A stretch of DNA of 64,000 nt from assembly GCF_002571385.2 (NCBI RefSeq), contig NW_019217893.1:554911-618910 (forward strand), written 5' to 3'. Positions 36,701 to 48,246 of this stretch are shown here, in pieces. The notes under the pieces were generated by a model. It was not told the DNA's origin. It saw nothing but the letters and a program-made list of their open reading frames with translations, and searched no databases. Position numbers and translations under genes: made by a program. How positions within the stretch are numbered: position 1 is the first letter of the stretch; each line of letters begins with the position of its first letter. Source of the DNA: Stylophora pistillata. Its lineage: Eukaryota.

Positions 36701-39700
36701 GAACCAAACAAAGTTATTTCAGTTATTGAAGGCAATAAAATTCCCTGCCTTTTCCCTTACCTTGGAGAATTTTCACTGTATTCACTGCATGGCAACTGTG
36801 CCACTTGAACATAAAATGTTGTAGAGAGAGTTAGAGGGCCTGAATTAAATCATTGGGATGGGTGCTAGTAGTTCAAAACAAGGCCACTATACATGGTGGT
36901 TGCAAAATGCTTCTCTTTCCAAAGAAAAGTTTGAATCCAGGGCTTCTCTGGCATCAAAGACTAACCAAATCTATGCATCCTACATAAGTTCATATGTTAC
37001 TCTGATAGAACCCAAGCACTACTTATATTTAACAGCAATATCCACAGGAACAAAAACAATGCATAAAAGGGTACAAAATGTTTATTCTCCCATACTGAAT
37101 TGGTACCATATGAAAATAAATAGGATATTAGATTCATAAATTTATTTACTTCTTACAGAGTCTTTTTATAATACTGCCAGACCTTCACTAGTGTGTTGGT
37201 GTGATTTCATCATTTGCAAGCCTGAATGAGTACTCCATCATTAGAATATGTAGACTACATAAATTTTGTGTAAGAAAAGGCTCACAAAATTTTTGCAAAA
37301 ATAATTTTTTCAGCTTATGTGATTGCAAAAATGATCTTTGTTAGTTGTGAAGTTTCTTGTCTCTGATTGGTCTTATATCTTCATATTGAAAATCATCACA
37401 AAAAAGTTTGACTTAGAGGGTACAAAAATGAATAATTAAATAAAAGTTCTAGTCATTCTATCAAATAATGCATCATGTGTGCTAGAACCGTGGTTTTGAA
37501 GCCAAAATGCAAGTAAATCACAATTTCAGAGGAAAAAACCTATCTCTTTCTGTGATATATACTAAGATGTAGCCACAGAACCCATGTATAAAACATTTGG
37601 ACAGTTTTTGATTAACTGGTGTTTATTGAACCCATATATGTTTCTGTCCATCTCTTGAGATTGGCCTGCCAAAACAAACAAGAAGAAAATTAATCATAGA
37701 GTCAAAACCAGTATTATAATTAAACTGGACAACTAAATCAGTGGTGAGAAAGTCAAGAAACCTACTAAAACTTTATTGCATCCTAAGAAAAAATGATACA
37801 AAACATGCCATTGAAAATTACCTTTGACACCAAATTGAAAATAACATTACCTAACTTAAGCAAACTTTCTCTATTAAGGTTCAGTCAGGTTTTTCCTCAC
37901 ATGATTTTGTTTTTGCAAACTTAACACTTGAGTTGGGAATGAAGATACGATTCAGAATATAAATAACATGGGCTTAACCTGGTTTACTTCAATGTTGGGG
38001 AGGGGGGTGGGCAGTAGAGTGGGGTGGAGTCCATGTAGGGGTGTTGCCATTACTGTCTGGGTGCTTCCTACTTTGAAGTTTTTATGACAGCAGAAAATCT
38101 CAAATACCAACAGCAAATGGATTGAATAAAGCATGCAAATGAGAAGGTGCCTGTTAAATTTTGGTCCCCAATTGAAAGTTATCACTGTTAGGCTCCAGAC
38201 CTGGCTTTTAGAAGCAGCCACACGTGTGTCAAAAATTACAAATTTACAGCACTGAGGCATCGTCTTAAGAAAAATGAAATGAGCCAAAACACCATAATTC
38301 AGAAAAACATCTTTCAAGCACAGGGAAAAGTAACTAGTTAATAGGTAAAAATACTGTTAGTAGTCAACTAACTTCGAATTAGTCTGGCAAAGCTTTTGCC
38401 AGTCTTTGTTGTCAGTCATGAAGGATTGGTTACAAAAGATTGAATGAGTAATGGTACAACTGAAAAAACACCAAATTATAAACAGAGTTTCTTGAATCTG
38501 TTATAACTACTTTTATTTTCTTCTAGTAGGCTTAGCTTCTGTAAATGAGCAGTTATGTTTGCATTACTGTAAATGGGACATTGTGTTAGATACAACAGCT
38601 CTCATCACCATACCATCAGAGTGTGCATAATAAAGAGTATGTCTTAATGGGATTTGCTGTCAAGGGCTGACATTTAATCTGATTCCTGTATCAAAGACAC
38701 TTTGTAGTAAAGAAGTGACTTCAAGAAGAATGTGTGAATTAGAATTTTGACAGGACAATACAGTCTATGGTAGAGAGGCATCTATACTTGAAAGGTGTCC
38801 CCGAGTAGAAATTTGAATCACTGAAATTGTGGTGGGAAAAACAGTTATGCTTTAACTTACAGTTTCAAGGTGAAATTGGAGGTAGAGTTTCTTCTTATTT
38901 TTGAAAGCTTCTTGACAAAGGTACTGCTAGATCATTACACATACCTTGCACCAAATCAGTGATTCTTCCAGTTTTTTGTATATATACTTCATTTCAACGT
39001 CACTGAATAATTGTGAGCTGATCTCTGATGCTAAAGGCTACAAAGAAGGAATCAAAATTGTCAAAATGAATGAAAACAGGTACACATGGGTGGGGCTACA
39101 TTTTTTATTACATAATCTGTGTTCTAGGTGGTACCTAAGCAGGAAAAGGGAAGCCACAGAGTTATCAGTTAGCTCTGTTCTTTGTGTTTGTACATCTGTT
39201 AAGGGTACCTGCTTAAAAACTGGTGGATATTTACTAAGAAACCAAGTAGCAAGATATACATCCACTGCTAGCCAGTGACACTGAGATGAATAGTTGTTTT
39301 AGTATAAATTATATGAAAACAGCACTTGAGATAATACAGCACAAAAACATAATTTTAATTTAAACATAATTTTAACTCATTTATTGCTGTAACAACGACA
39401 ATGCTTTGGGAAACAAACTTTAAATAATTTGCTCCAGGGTGGAGCTAATGGATATTTGGGTTAAGAGTAACCAATCGGAGTGTGTCTTCAACACTAATCA
39501 CAATTTTAGTATTAGTATAAAAAAAATCTGATATTCCTGTGATGCTCTTCTGGAATAAACACCAAATGCTAAAACTGAACAAAAGGTTTAACTTACCATT
39601 AATTTCCTCCTATTCTTATATGAGACATCACGAACAATTTTCATCAGAATGGTTCCTAAGACCTAAAAAGTAACAATAAAATGTCATTTATGCCTAGAAT

Positions 39701-42700
39701 TGCTGCTTGAGACAGTTTTGGTTTGCAGTCTGTTATTGAATCTTAAGTTATGAATACAATAAAACAACCCATAACTTGTGATCTGATCATCTTCAATATA
39801 TATAAAAAAATATTGTCTAGCACACTGTATGAACACATACCTTAAGGTTAGATAGTGCCAGGCTACTGGGTGTATTATCCATAAGTCCATACTCATTAGG
39901 CTTTAGCAGCAGTGTAGACACCAGTCCTCTTGAGATAAACAAGCCCAGCAATAGCATGGTGATCACTTCATTTGTTACTTTAGTTAAAGCACCTTGGTCA
40001 GTGAATGTCACGCTATCCTGCAAATGAGCATAAGATAACTCAGCACTAAAACCTCAAGCTCATATTCACTATATGATTATTTCACACATAAGAATAAGTG
40101 AAGAAGTGAAGAGGTGAAGATGTGAAGAGTGTATGGCTGCCTTACTGTAGAGCATTACTGTAGAGCAGCCCATTCAGGCCTTAGGGTTGCTAAATGGCTT
40201 AGAGAGGAGCCAGCTGTGTTGTTTTCAATTATTCATACATTCTTCCAATATTGTTAAAAATTATTTGCAAGCTTATCTCTCTCGTAAGTGCACTTTTTTT
40301 CAATTGTAGGTAGCTCTCAGGACATTGTCTAGACTTTGTTTGCTGTATTTAGTTCATTAGAACTAGCATAATGGTATTTTTCACTCACATGTAGGACTCC
40401 TTCACTGCTATAATAGCATATCAAACAAGTTAAAATAAGGTTGTTTCTTCAAGATGCAATTATGTTGTTATTGGAAAATTGACCTCACTTTATAAAATAA
40501 TTTAGTTGTGAGCATGATGACTCTTCTATCATGTGGATACAAAAAACACCTTCCTCCTGACATTTGAGAGAATCAGATCATTGAAACCCATCTGCAAAGG
40601 CTAGGGAGGTTTGTTAACATGCCTACAACACATCCAGCATTTGGTAAAAAAGTCTTTTCTTTTCAAAGTTTCTCTTTTCAAATACCTTTTCCACTTGCCA
40701 CAGGTAGTTGGGTGGTAGAAAGACACCTTCTTGAGTCATAAACCACAGGACACCCTCTCTTGAAGCACTTAGAATTCCAGTAGCAGGTTTAATTTGAATA
40801 ATATTATAAACAATGGTCTCAACCATGGATGAGAGTTCTTTAACGGCACCTTGAGAGTCCTTTGAAAGTCTCTGGAAAACACCAGGATTCTTTATGTTTA
40901 AATCAAATGCGTCATCTTTAATGGCATCTTGAATGGAAGAATGCATTGACCAGTCATGGCTGAGGTAGTATTCTCTATGAAGTTCATCAATTGCTTGCTT
41001 TATAAGACTGTTGAGGTTTTCAATGGCACTCAGTCGCCTTTGTTGAGCTTGTTTTAAGAGTGCCATGAGAATAAAACAGGCCCAGGCAACATAACCAACA
41101 TGGCGTAATTTCCTGACCCTATTAGAACCAGGAAATGGATATGGCTGTTCTTCATTCCGATGAATTTGGTTGCTGAGAAATCCCTCTGGTTTTAGAGATA
41201 ACCGAGGTTTCATCTGTGTTCCTGGAAGTCTTTCTGTGGGTCTCACAGGAGTTGCAACACCTCTTGGTACCTAGTAAACACAAATGACAGTGAAGAACTC
41301 TAAAATTTGTGACTTATCATAATTCATTGTAAATACAGCATATTCATTAACTTCGGGTTACAGACCTTAAACACGAAGATGCGCTATAAAAGGAGCCTTA
41401 GGTCCCACTGGACCATTTGTCAATCAACCGTCGTGTGATGTAGAACTCTTAGAGTCAAGTCAGCTTGAGCTACAGCTACTCCAAAGCAGTGAACAGTGGG
41501 CGCATTCCTCAAAATTGTTTTATGTCTTCATCACAACACAAGAATTTTTGAGATTTGTATTTCCTTTCTCCAATGGAAACGGTCTTTATTTGTGACAGTA
41601 AATTTGAGATCAAAGTAGGTGGTTCGCACGTTACCTCATGCCACCATGCTGGTGGAAGTAAACAATAGATATCTCATAAGCTCCTTTNGAGAACATCGTG
41701 GAAAGGAGATATGTTTTCGGACAGTTACCGGAGGGGTCTGGAAAAAGTTTAATCTTTCAGCTGCGTAGAGTGTTCAAATTCTTGAGCTCGAAAGGCCACG
41801 GATTCTCTTCTAGTCCCTTGGTCATTGTCATTTCACCTCTTTTGTCGGTTGTTGAAGACCAAGTTAAATACCTTTGATCATTGGGAATCAATGCTGCTTT
41901 CATTGGGGGAAACAAAACCAAAGACCAAGAAATATTGGATGGAAAGGGTGGGCTTGCTTTACTGTAAATGTCAGCTTAGTACAGGGTTATCTACCACATC
42001 TAATAAACAAAAGTTTCCACGTTTAGCTTTTCTTTTTTTTTTTCAAGCGAAGATTAGATTTTGGCCGGGTGCTCGCAGAAAGTTGCGTAAGTGCCCGTTG
42101 CTTGACATACCTGCGTAGCCCGTGTGACGAAATAGCTTCTCGGGATTGAAAAAGTTTCAGTTACAGCATATTATACAAAAAATCTTGAAAGATTTAGGCT
42201 TACATCATGTCTAATGTTTAAAGCGACATATCAATGCTTGCAACCATTATGTTTTACACGAACCTCGCAAACTTTTAAACACATTCTCTTGTGATACCTG
42301 TGAAAGTATTCAGTATAATTTCTGGTAAGATTTCGCAGACAATCTGATCAATTTCTCTTACATTGTGTGCTAAGACTAAAACTTTTCACCTCGGGCAAAG
42401 CTTTGTCGCATGGCCCTAACAAACATAGCGAGCAACAGAGCTTGTTGTCTATGTGTGTGTTAAAACACACGAAAGGACTCCAAAGGACACTTCACTCTGA
42501 TTGGGCAGAAAAACACAAAGATTTTCTGGCACCAATCAAATGCCAGAATGACTGCAACCGTTTGGAACTAGTCTTGTAAGACAATGTCCCCAGGGGGGGC
42601 TCTTCTGCCCTGAACTTGAAATCGACTCTCAGCCGCTGGGTCTCCGAGGATGGTTATCACCAAGAGTTGGGAAAAAACAAACAATTGGAGGACTTCAAAG

Positions 42701-44480
42701 GAGCTTTTCCCAGGATTCCTTTTAATGAAAACAAAAAAAAAAATTATTAAATAGGTTTAGTTTTTTTTTAAGTTTGCCACTCACAATGCCACCAAACAAT
42801 TATTTTCTCAGCTCTTAATATTCAAAGTCAATTCTCAGTGAAACAAAAAAAAAACAAAAAACAAAAACAAAAAAACGGCTAAGGTGTTGTTTCTTAACTC
42901 GTGTATAAATCGTTGTTCCATAATTGCAGGTGTATGCTTTGTCAACTCACCCTTATGGATGCCGTGTGATCCAACGCATCCTTGAGCACTGCATGCCAGA
43001 GCAGACATCACCAATACTAAATGAATTGCATCAACATACAGAAAGACTGGTTCAAGATCAATATGGTAACTATGTGATCCAACATGTCTTGGAGCATGGC
43101 ACACCTGAGGACAAGAGCAAGATTGTACAGGAACTCAGAGGAAACATACTCAATTTTAGCCAGCACAAATTTGCCAGGTAATTTTGCATTTATGAATGAT
43201 TTCAAGGCTAACACAAAAGGGATCCATGTGCTTAGTAAATAATCCTAGTAACAAAGTCATTTCAAGTTTGTAAGACTCAAAAAGAAAAAAAAAAAAAAAA
43301 AGAAATATAAGAAACCCCCCCCCCAAAATATGAGTACACAGTTTGTTTTCATCTCCTTAGTAGTATTTTACAAGTTTAGAAGATTCATTGTCTCTCTTTC
43401 CTTTTCTTTTTCTTTTTTTTAGCAATGTGGTTGAGAAGTGCGTTACTCATGCCTCGCGTACAGAAAGAGCAATGCTCATTGATGAAGTTTGCGGCAGCAG
43501 TGATAAGTAAGTTTAATGCATTTATCAACTTTCCTGTTACTTTGACTTTTTTTAAAACAAGGTCTGCTGTAATCTTAACCAGGACAGTTGATCAATGTTC
43601 TCAAGGGCAACTTCTTGAAAAAGAAAGATTTCATGCCTGTTTGTGTTGGTGGAGAATGACACATTTCACTTCATATGCCTTTTATTTGGTTTCGATAACA
43701 AAATTTTTTGATATATAATAACTTTTGAAATGTCATTAAGGTTGTCTCCAAACAAATTTTTTCACTATTAATAAATAATAATTATTTAACAGTTATGTGC
43801 CGAATGACTAAACATTGTTTAATAATCATCAAGGGGACAATTCTGCAACGCTTAGCCCAAGGCGAATGATAGTATAATTGTTCAGGTGCTCTGAAGTTCT
43901 GTTATAGATTTGTGTTGAAAGTACTCTTTTACAATTGTTTTGATTACTTGTACTGAGATATGCAGCCAACTTCCACTTGACTTTAAAAGGTCTATTTCAT
44001 TCAGTCAGCAAAAACTTGTATCTCTTTTTTTGAAAAGAGGCATGCAAAATTTGGTAGCATCTTTAGCACTAGTTGGAATTGAATTGCTATAATCACCTTG
44101 TGCAAGGTTATTATAGCCAGATATGATGCAATCCTTGACCAATCAGAGGTTTTGCATATCTGTAATCACCAGAGCAGTTATACTAACTTTCTTAAGACAA
44201 GGAGAAACACATTAATGCAAAATTCATGACATGACTTTTTATAATTAGTGCCTTGTACACCATGATGAAGGACCAGTTTGCAAACTATGTAATTCAGAAG
44301 ATGATTGATGTGGCAGAACCGCCTCAACGCAAGCTGCTGATGCACAGGATTCGGCCCCATGTGGCAACGTTGCGCAAGTACACTTATGGAAAACACATTT
44401 TAGCCAAGTTAGAGAAGTACTACATGACAATGAAACCAGCACCAGATTTCCTCCCTTTGACAAATGGTCCTTTGCTTTAG
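17163..44480 (+). CDS. PUM: Pumilio (PUF family RNA-binding protein, PUM1/2 ortholog), ~1178 aa, 9 coding exons
   Basis: Exons 17163-17453, 21868-21957, 22973-23305, 24057-24259, 28408-30325, 31133-31270, 42930-43177, 43423-43506, 44249-44480, all phases compatible. Conserved [24 protein letters not shown] motif, [13 protein letters not shown], eight PUF repeats, [18 protein letters not shown]. Confidence 0.95.
19865..21587 (-). mobile_element. Internally deleted piggyBac transposon in Pumilio intron 1
   Basis: TTAA|CCC ... GGG|TAAA ends. Minus-strand frame 21151-20645 has an acidic N-terminus (with in-frame stops), W..GP..F.LF, fused directly to the Cys-rich tail [15 protein letters not shown]; the DDD core is missing. 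Confidence 0.8.
21363..21540. mobile_element. MITE with CAG..CTG ends and 5-bp TSD nested in the piggyBac end
   Basis: TIR CAGTGCTTTCAATAAGA / TCTTATTGAAAGCACTG; AGGGG on both flanks. Confidence 0.85.
23768..23970 (+). mobile_element. tRNA-derived SINE
   Basis: A box TGGCCGAGTGG and B box GGTTCGAGTCC followed by a non-tRNA body. Confidence 0.8.
24298..25960. mobile_element. piggyBac-like non-autonomous element interrupted by a LINE fragment
   Basis: TTAA|CCCATTGATAC ... GGTGTGAATGTG|TTAA, imperfect TIRs. Confidence 0.55.
24336..24913 (+). mobile_element. 5'-truncated CR1/L2-group LINE 3' end
   Basis: Encodes [42 protein letters not shown]; ends in AATAAA plus a (TATG)n tail; TSD TACGAAAAG at 24327-24335 and 24914-24922. 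Confidence 0.85.
27660..28396. mobile_element. Left part of a long-TIR DNA element abutting the Pumilio exon 5 acceptor
   Basis: 27660-27880 is an imperfect inverted match to 42075-42290; 28042-28396 is duplicated at 41689-42043. Confidence 0.6.
28775..29065 (+). repeat. Coding CAA/CAG poly-Q tracts in the Pumilio low-complexity region
   Basis: Two long Q runs in the translation (AAQQQ..LG and YLQQQ..HA). Confidence 0.9.
30591..30745 (+). mobile_element. Penelope-like terminal remnant with degenerate hammerhead motif
   Basis: GCT-CTGGCGG-AGAGC AAAG GCTC-AAAAC-GTC-AGC: hammerhead topology with mutated core boxes. Confidence 0.5.
31809..31819. other. Assembly gap (11 N); a second single-N gap is at 41688
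   Basis: N characters in the sequence. Confidence 1.
31888..32820 (+). mobile_element. Penelope-like 3' arm with embedded MITE; inverted partner of 49492-50225
   Basis: Reverse-complement match to 49492-50225; contains three ~83-bp tandem units (32270-32515) and a hammerhead-like CTGAGGA-AGGTC TTT GACC-AAAA at ~32723-32745. Confidence 0.7.
33337..35079 (+). CDS. PEF1: Peflin-like penta-EF-hand protein, exons 3-4 (33337-33538, 34911-35079); placed upstream of its own exons 1-2
   Basis: [67 protein letters not shown]. The phase-1 acceptor matches the donor at 49299. Confidence 0.8.
33826..34535 (+). mobile_element. tRNA-head SINE interrupted by a ~460-bp insertion
   Basis: TAGCTCAATTGG A box and GGTTCAAGCC B box; body ACACTCAGGGTCTTAAAAATAACTGAGGAG appears to resume at ~34410 (TAGACATTCTAGTCTTCTCGGATAAGGA). 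Confidence 0.6.
38945..41270 (-). CDS. 3' exons of the C21orf58/DUF4587-like uncharacterised gene (terminal exon not identified)
   Basis: Phase-0 exons 41270-40686, 40017-39841, 39662-39597, 39037-38945, all open with AG/GT ends. The first accepts the phase-0 donor at 51717. Confidence 0.7.
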
Positions 44481-46890
44481 AAATGTACTTTGTTCAAGTC
44501 ATCTATTTTCTTGTTTGCGGTTGTTGTTGTTGTTTTTTTTTTGTTTTACTTTCTTGCTTAATTTTTTGGAGATGTTTTTAGAATTGGCATCACAAATATA
44601 GATCTATTAATATTGATCCAGAACTTGTTAAGATGTTTTTCATTCTTATGAAGCTGTAAATTTCCTTGTCAAACTGTAAAAAAATCCTTTCTTAAAGCTA
44701 TTAATCTTATATTTTACTCAATTTGAAATCTTTTGTCTCTCCAAATCAGTTCTCATTATTGACATTCTCAGTTCAGTTATTGAATTTTACGCATTGAACA
44801 GCGTCATCTGTGTGCCAGTTGTACCAAAGAATGCAGTTGATTTTTACCTGTATAGGTAAAACGTAGTTGTCGTGTCTTTTTGATCAACAGAGCAAATTGA
44901 TGGTTGAATTTTATGATTTCAATGAACTTTTAGTCTTCTTAAATGCAGTGGCTTTTGTTGATTATAGTTACATGTTAAATGAATACAAGTTTCTTCAGTA
45001 ACAGTTATTAATAATGCTAGGTCCAATAATTGTAGTATTTCCTTCCTAATGGAAGGTAGATTCTTTTTGGTAGATTCTTTTTGGTAGATAGGTAGCACAT
45101 GCATGTTATGTTACTAATCAAAGCTTATTAATTAGGAAAATTACAGGCAATCAAAGCCAGAGTCAGTAATCCTGTTATTTTCGGAGGGTTTTTAAGAGCG
45201 TCAAGGTTCTATCTCTGCAGTCTATTGACATGTTACTATGAATCAAAGCCTTCAAAGATAATTGTGCCAGGTAAATGTACAATTAAACCATTTTGCGTCT
45301 GTTTTTACATTTAGAAACTGAAAATCTTTTACCTGTTATAGTGTTTCCCAGTCTAGTTAGCAAAGGAAGTACATGTCTTTCGAGGATTGTTGTTCTAAAG
45401 TTGTTGGCAAATGATTAGATTGAAATTTATGTAATTTATTTATTTGACAGAAAACCCGAGCCCACGAATGTAATGTTAACAGGAAATTGCTTGTACTCTA
45501 GGCTAATGACTGTTTGTTGGCATAGGTTTCATTATCCTGACTGAAATTTTCGTGAGGCCTATTCTTATATTGTCTCCTTAGTTGTTTAGCATGTTAAGTA
45601 AGTATGAGTCGAATAGAATGTTAAGTTAAGTTCAGTAGTATGATTCAGTACGTATGCCTTGTGTGTCAAACCAACTGGCTTGGGAGATCAACAGCACAGC
45701 TGCAAGTGTTGTGATTTTCTGAGGAGGCACAGTTTGGCATGCGAGGGAAAGTCCTACATAAGTAATCATGTTAAAAGTTTCAACTAGAAGGGTGTTCCTT
45801 CATACTTAAGAACTTTTTGACAGGTGTGCATGTTTCACTTACTGAAGCAAAAATGCTGTGACCATATTTGGATGGGGAAGGTGTGGCCATCATAGAGCGT
45901 TTCCACTCGCTAGGGTTGGCACGTGGTGAGAAGCTGTGTAGATATATTGGAAGAGAGGGAAATGTTTAAATAAAGAGAGTTCAGATCACAGAAGATTGAC
46001 CCACTGTACCAATAAAATCCACGTGAAGTCGACTGGAAGCGATCTATAGGTGCTCTTCCCATGCTTTTAGAAAATAATTTTTTCGAATTCTTACCACAAT
46101 TATATTGTCAAAGGTGAATAGGCGAGGTAGTTAGCCACGTGTTGTAACATTCAAGTTTCTATGTTTTGTAAGTATGTGGATTTAATTAAGGTGGTAAAAA
46201 TGACCCAAACTTCTATATATTTGATTCAAAGAATTGTAACAAAATGTAAACTGTAACATTGCAATGTTTTTAAGGCCCTTGTAAGGAAATTCCTGTACAT
46301 TCTGTACATTTGTAAATGGCCACTGGCGAGAGCTGCATTGAATTGTAACCAGCACACTGTATAGATAACGTAAACATACTTTTGGTGGCTATCGCAAGTG
46401 CAAGTGTTCGAGTGTTTTCATAAACGTTTTGGGGTCCATAGTTTGGATGTTCTTAGGTTGATTATCAGAGACTTGTACTTGGGATGTATGTCGCCGGACA
46501 GAGCAGTTTTGCTTCGGTAAATATTTCGTACCACTGTTTATATGTATTCAGAGAAATCAAACACTATCAAAACAACAAAGACAAATATATTGTAAGGATA
46601 ATTTATCATTTTGATCAAGAGCGCTTGAAACTTTTTGCCGTTTTAGGTTTTAGGGTAATTTTTAACAGACTCGGTCTTTTTTTTTTTCGGAGTCTCGCGG
46701 TGTAATGAAGCAGAAAGGGTAAGTGTTTTTGTATGTTTCTGTGTAATACTGAACAAGTACCGCCTTGTACAATGTGTGCGGTTGTGTAGAAGTATGTAAA
46801 TGATGTAAAGAAAGTAGTCTTTTGAATTCCTGTATTAAAATTTAAAGGTGGTTGCACAAATAAATGATATTGTTTATCAGTGTTGTTTTG
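44481..46890 (+). promoter_or_regulatory. Probable long Pumilio 3' UTR with TGTA-rich distal part and polyadenylation signal
   Basis: No recognisable repeats, U-rich; TGTAGATA at ~45936; dense TGTA motifs at 46140-46920; AATAAA at ~46859 followed by GT-rich sequence. Confidence 0.55.
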
Positions 46891-48246
46891 AAACCTTGCT
46901 GAAAAGAAATTAGTGTACAACGTGACACTCCCTCAATATTAATCCACGAGAGTTCTTGTGTGTTTTGCTGCATAAATATTAACGATCTTGGGTTCCATGT
47001 TCTATTTCCAACATCGCTACAGGGAACCGAGTCAACATTGTAATGATCTATAGTGCGGACTACCTTGGGGCCGATGAAAACTGAAATTCATTCACGTTTT
47101 CTGTTCAACAGCGCAAATAAATGTATTTGTGAGTCGTTTTGGTGTGAAGAATTGCTGAGAAAGTTTACGAGTTGTGCAGTATTTTGACGAGCCCGCGGGA
47201 CGTATGAAAGTGCAAACAACGAGTAAACATGGGCATGCTACTCGTGCGGTAATTGTTTTTTTGAACAGGTAGGGTGGGTGGAGTAGTACACTGTGTAACT
47301 AATGTTGCCATTTTCGTTAAAGAGAAAGAGCATTAAAATAACAAAAACATCTCGTTACTTTATCTTAATAAAGATAATGTACTAGATATTTGGAGCAACT
47401 TCAGAATACCCAGCCACTTTTGAACGTTAACTCGATTACTCTCGCGCTCCCGAAGACGAAGCATAAGGAAAAGAGAGGGCATGTAACCTAGTGTTCTCGC
47501 AGTCCCGCCCTCCTGAAGTTGAAAGATAATATTAAAAGAGAGGTCAGTTAAACCGGTACTCACGCAGTCCCGCGCTCCCAAAGTCGAAGAATGATTAAAA
47601 CGGATTTATGGCAGCCTGACATGATTCACTTCTTTAATAAAACATTACTTATTTAACAGCAATTTGTTAAGTATAAATTGTTCGTTCTTTCAAAAAGAAA
47701 TCGATATGTTCCATTTTTTTGGAAAGACTCGGAAATTCTTCATTCAAAAATTTTAATCACAATTATACAATTTCTTGAATAAAAAAATAACGAAAATGCA
47801 ACTTAGCCTGGAAGGAATTCGATTTGAATGTGTGGGTTCTATTTATGAACGAAGGTTATATATTTGAATTTGGCAGCTCACTCACCAGCGAAGTCGAAAT
47901 GCTCAAAAACAGGGTATGCGTGTTAGTGTACACCGTTTGGTCACGCTAACGAACGAGACCAGTTCAGTGCTCTACCAACTGAGCTAGCAAGCCAACTAGG
48001 AACCGGTCATTATGTTGGTTCGTATTAAACCCGCGAAGTGATGAATCAATGAATTTGAATATATGAAAATTATATGTGTGTACGGCAGTTTAAATTCAAA
48101 ATTTCAAATATTCAAAAAAAAATTAAAATTTTGCCATCGAACGCCCACGCGTATACGCACTGCGAACCTACTTTTCTTTATCGCAGACGTGAAGTTAGAG
48201 AGAGCGCTTCTGCGTCATGTAAGCCTAGTCAGAATAGGGATACAAC

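Larger units (their letters stand above)
31715..42653. mobile_element. DNA transposon TIR pair (31715-31808 and ~42557-42653) whose interior contains the assembly gaps
   Basis: CTATCCTTGGAGACCCAG..ACTAGTTCCAAATGGT is an inverted match to ACCGTTTGGAACTAGT..CTGGGTCTCCGAGGATGG; TTATCAC is duplicated on both flanks. Confidence 0.75.

Noticed and set aside
35100-38900. Short ORFs (e.g. 36858-37139, 37952-38317) or the terminal exon of the C21orf58-like gene
   Set aside because: No recognisable motifs and no convincing splice and phase support.
33337-41270. Genuine nested genes in a Pumilio intron, or obligatory trans-splicing
   Set aside because: The block is bounded by Ns and a split MITE places it at ~51233. 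Misplacement is far more parsimonious; kept only as a testable alternative.
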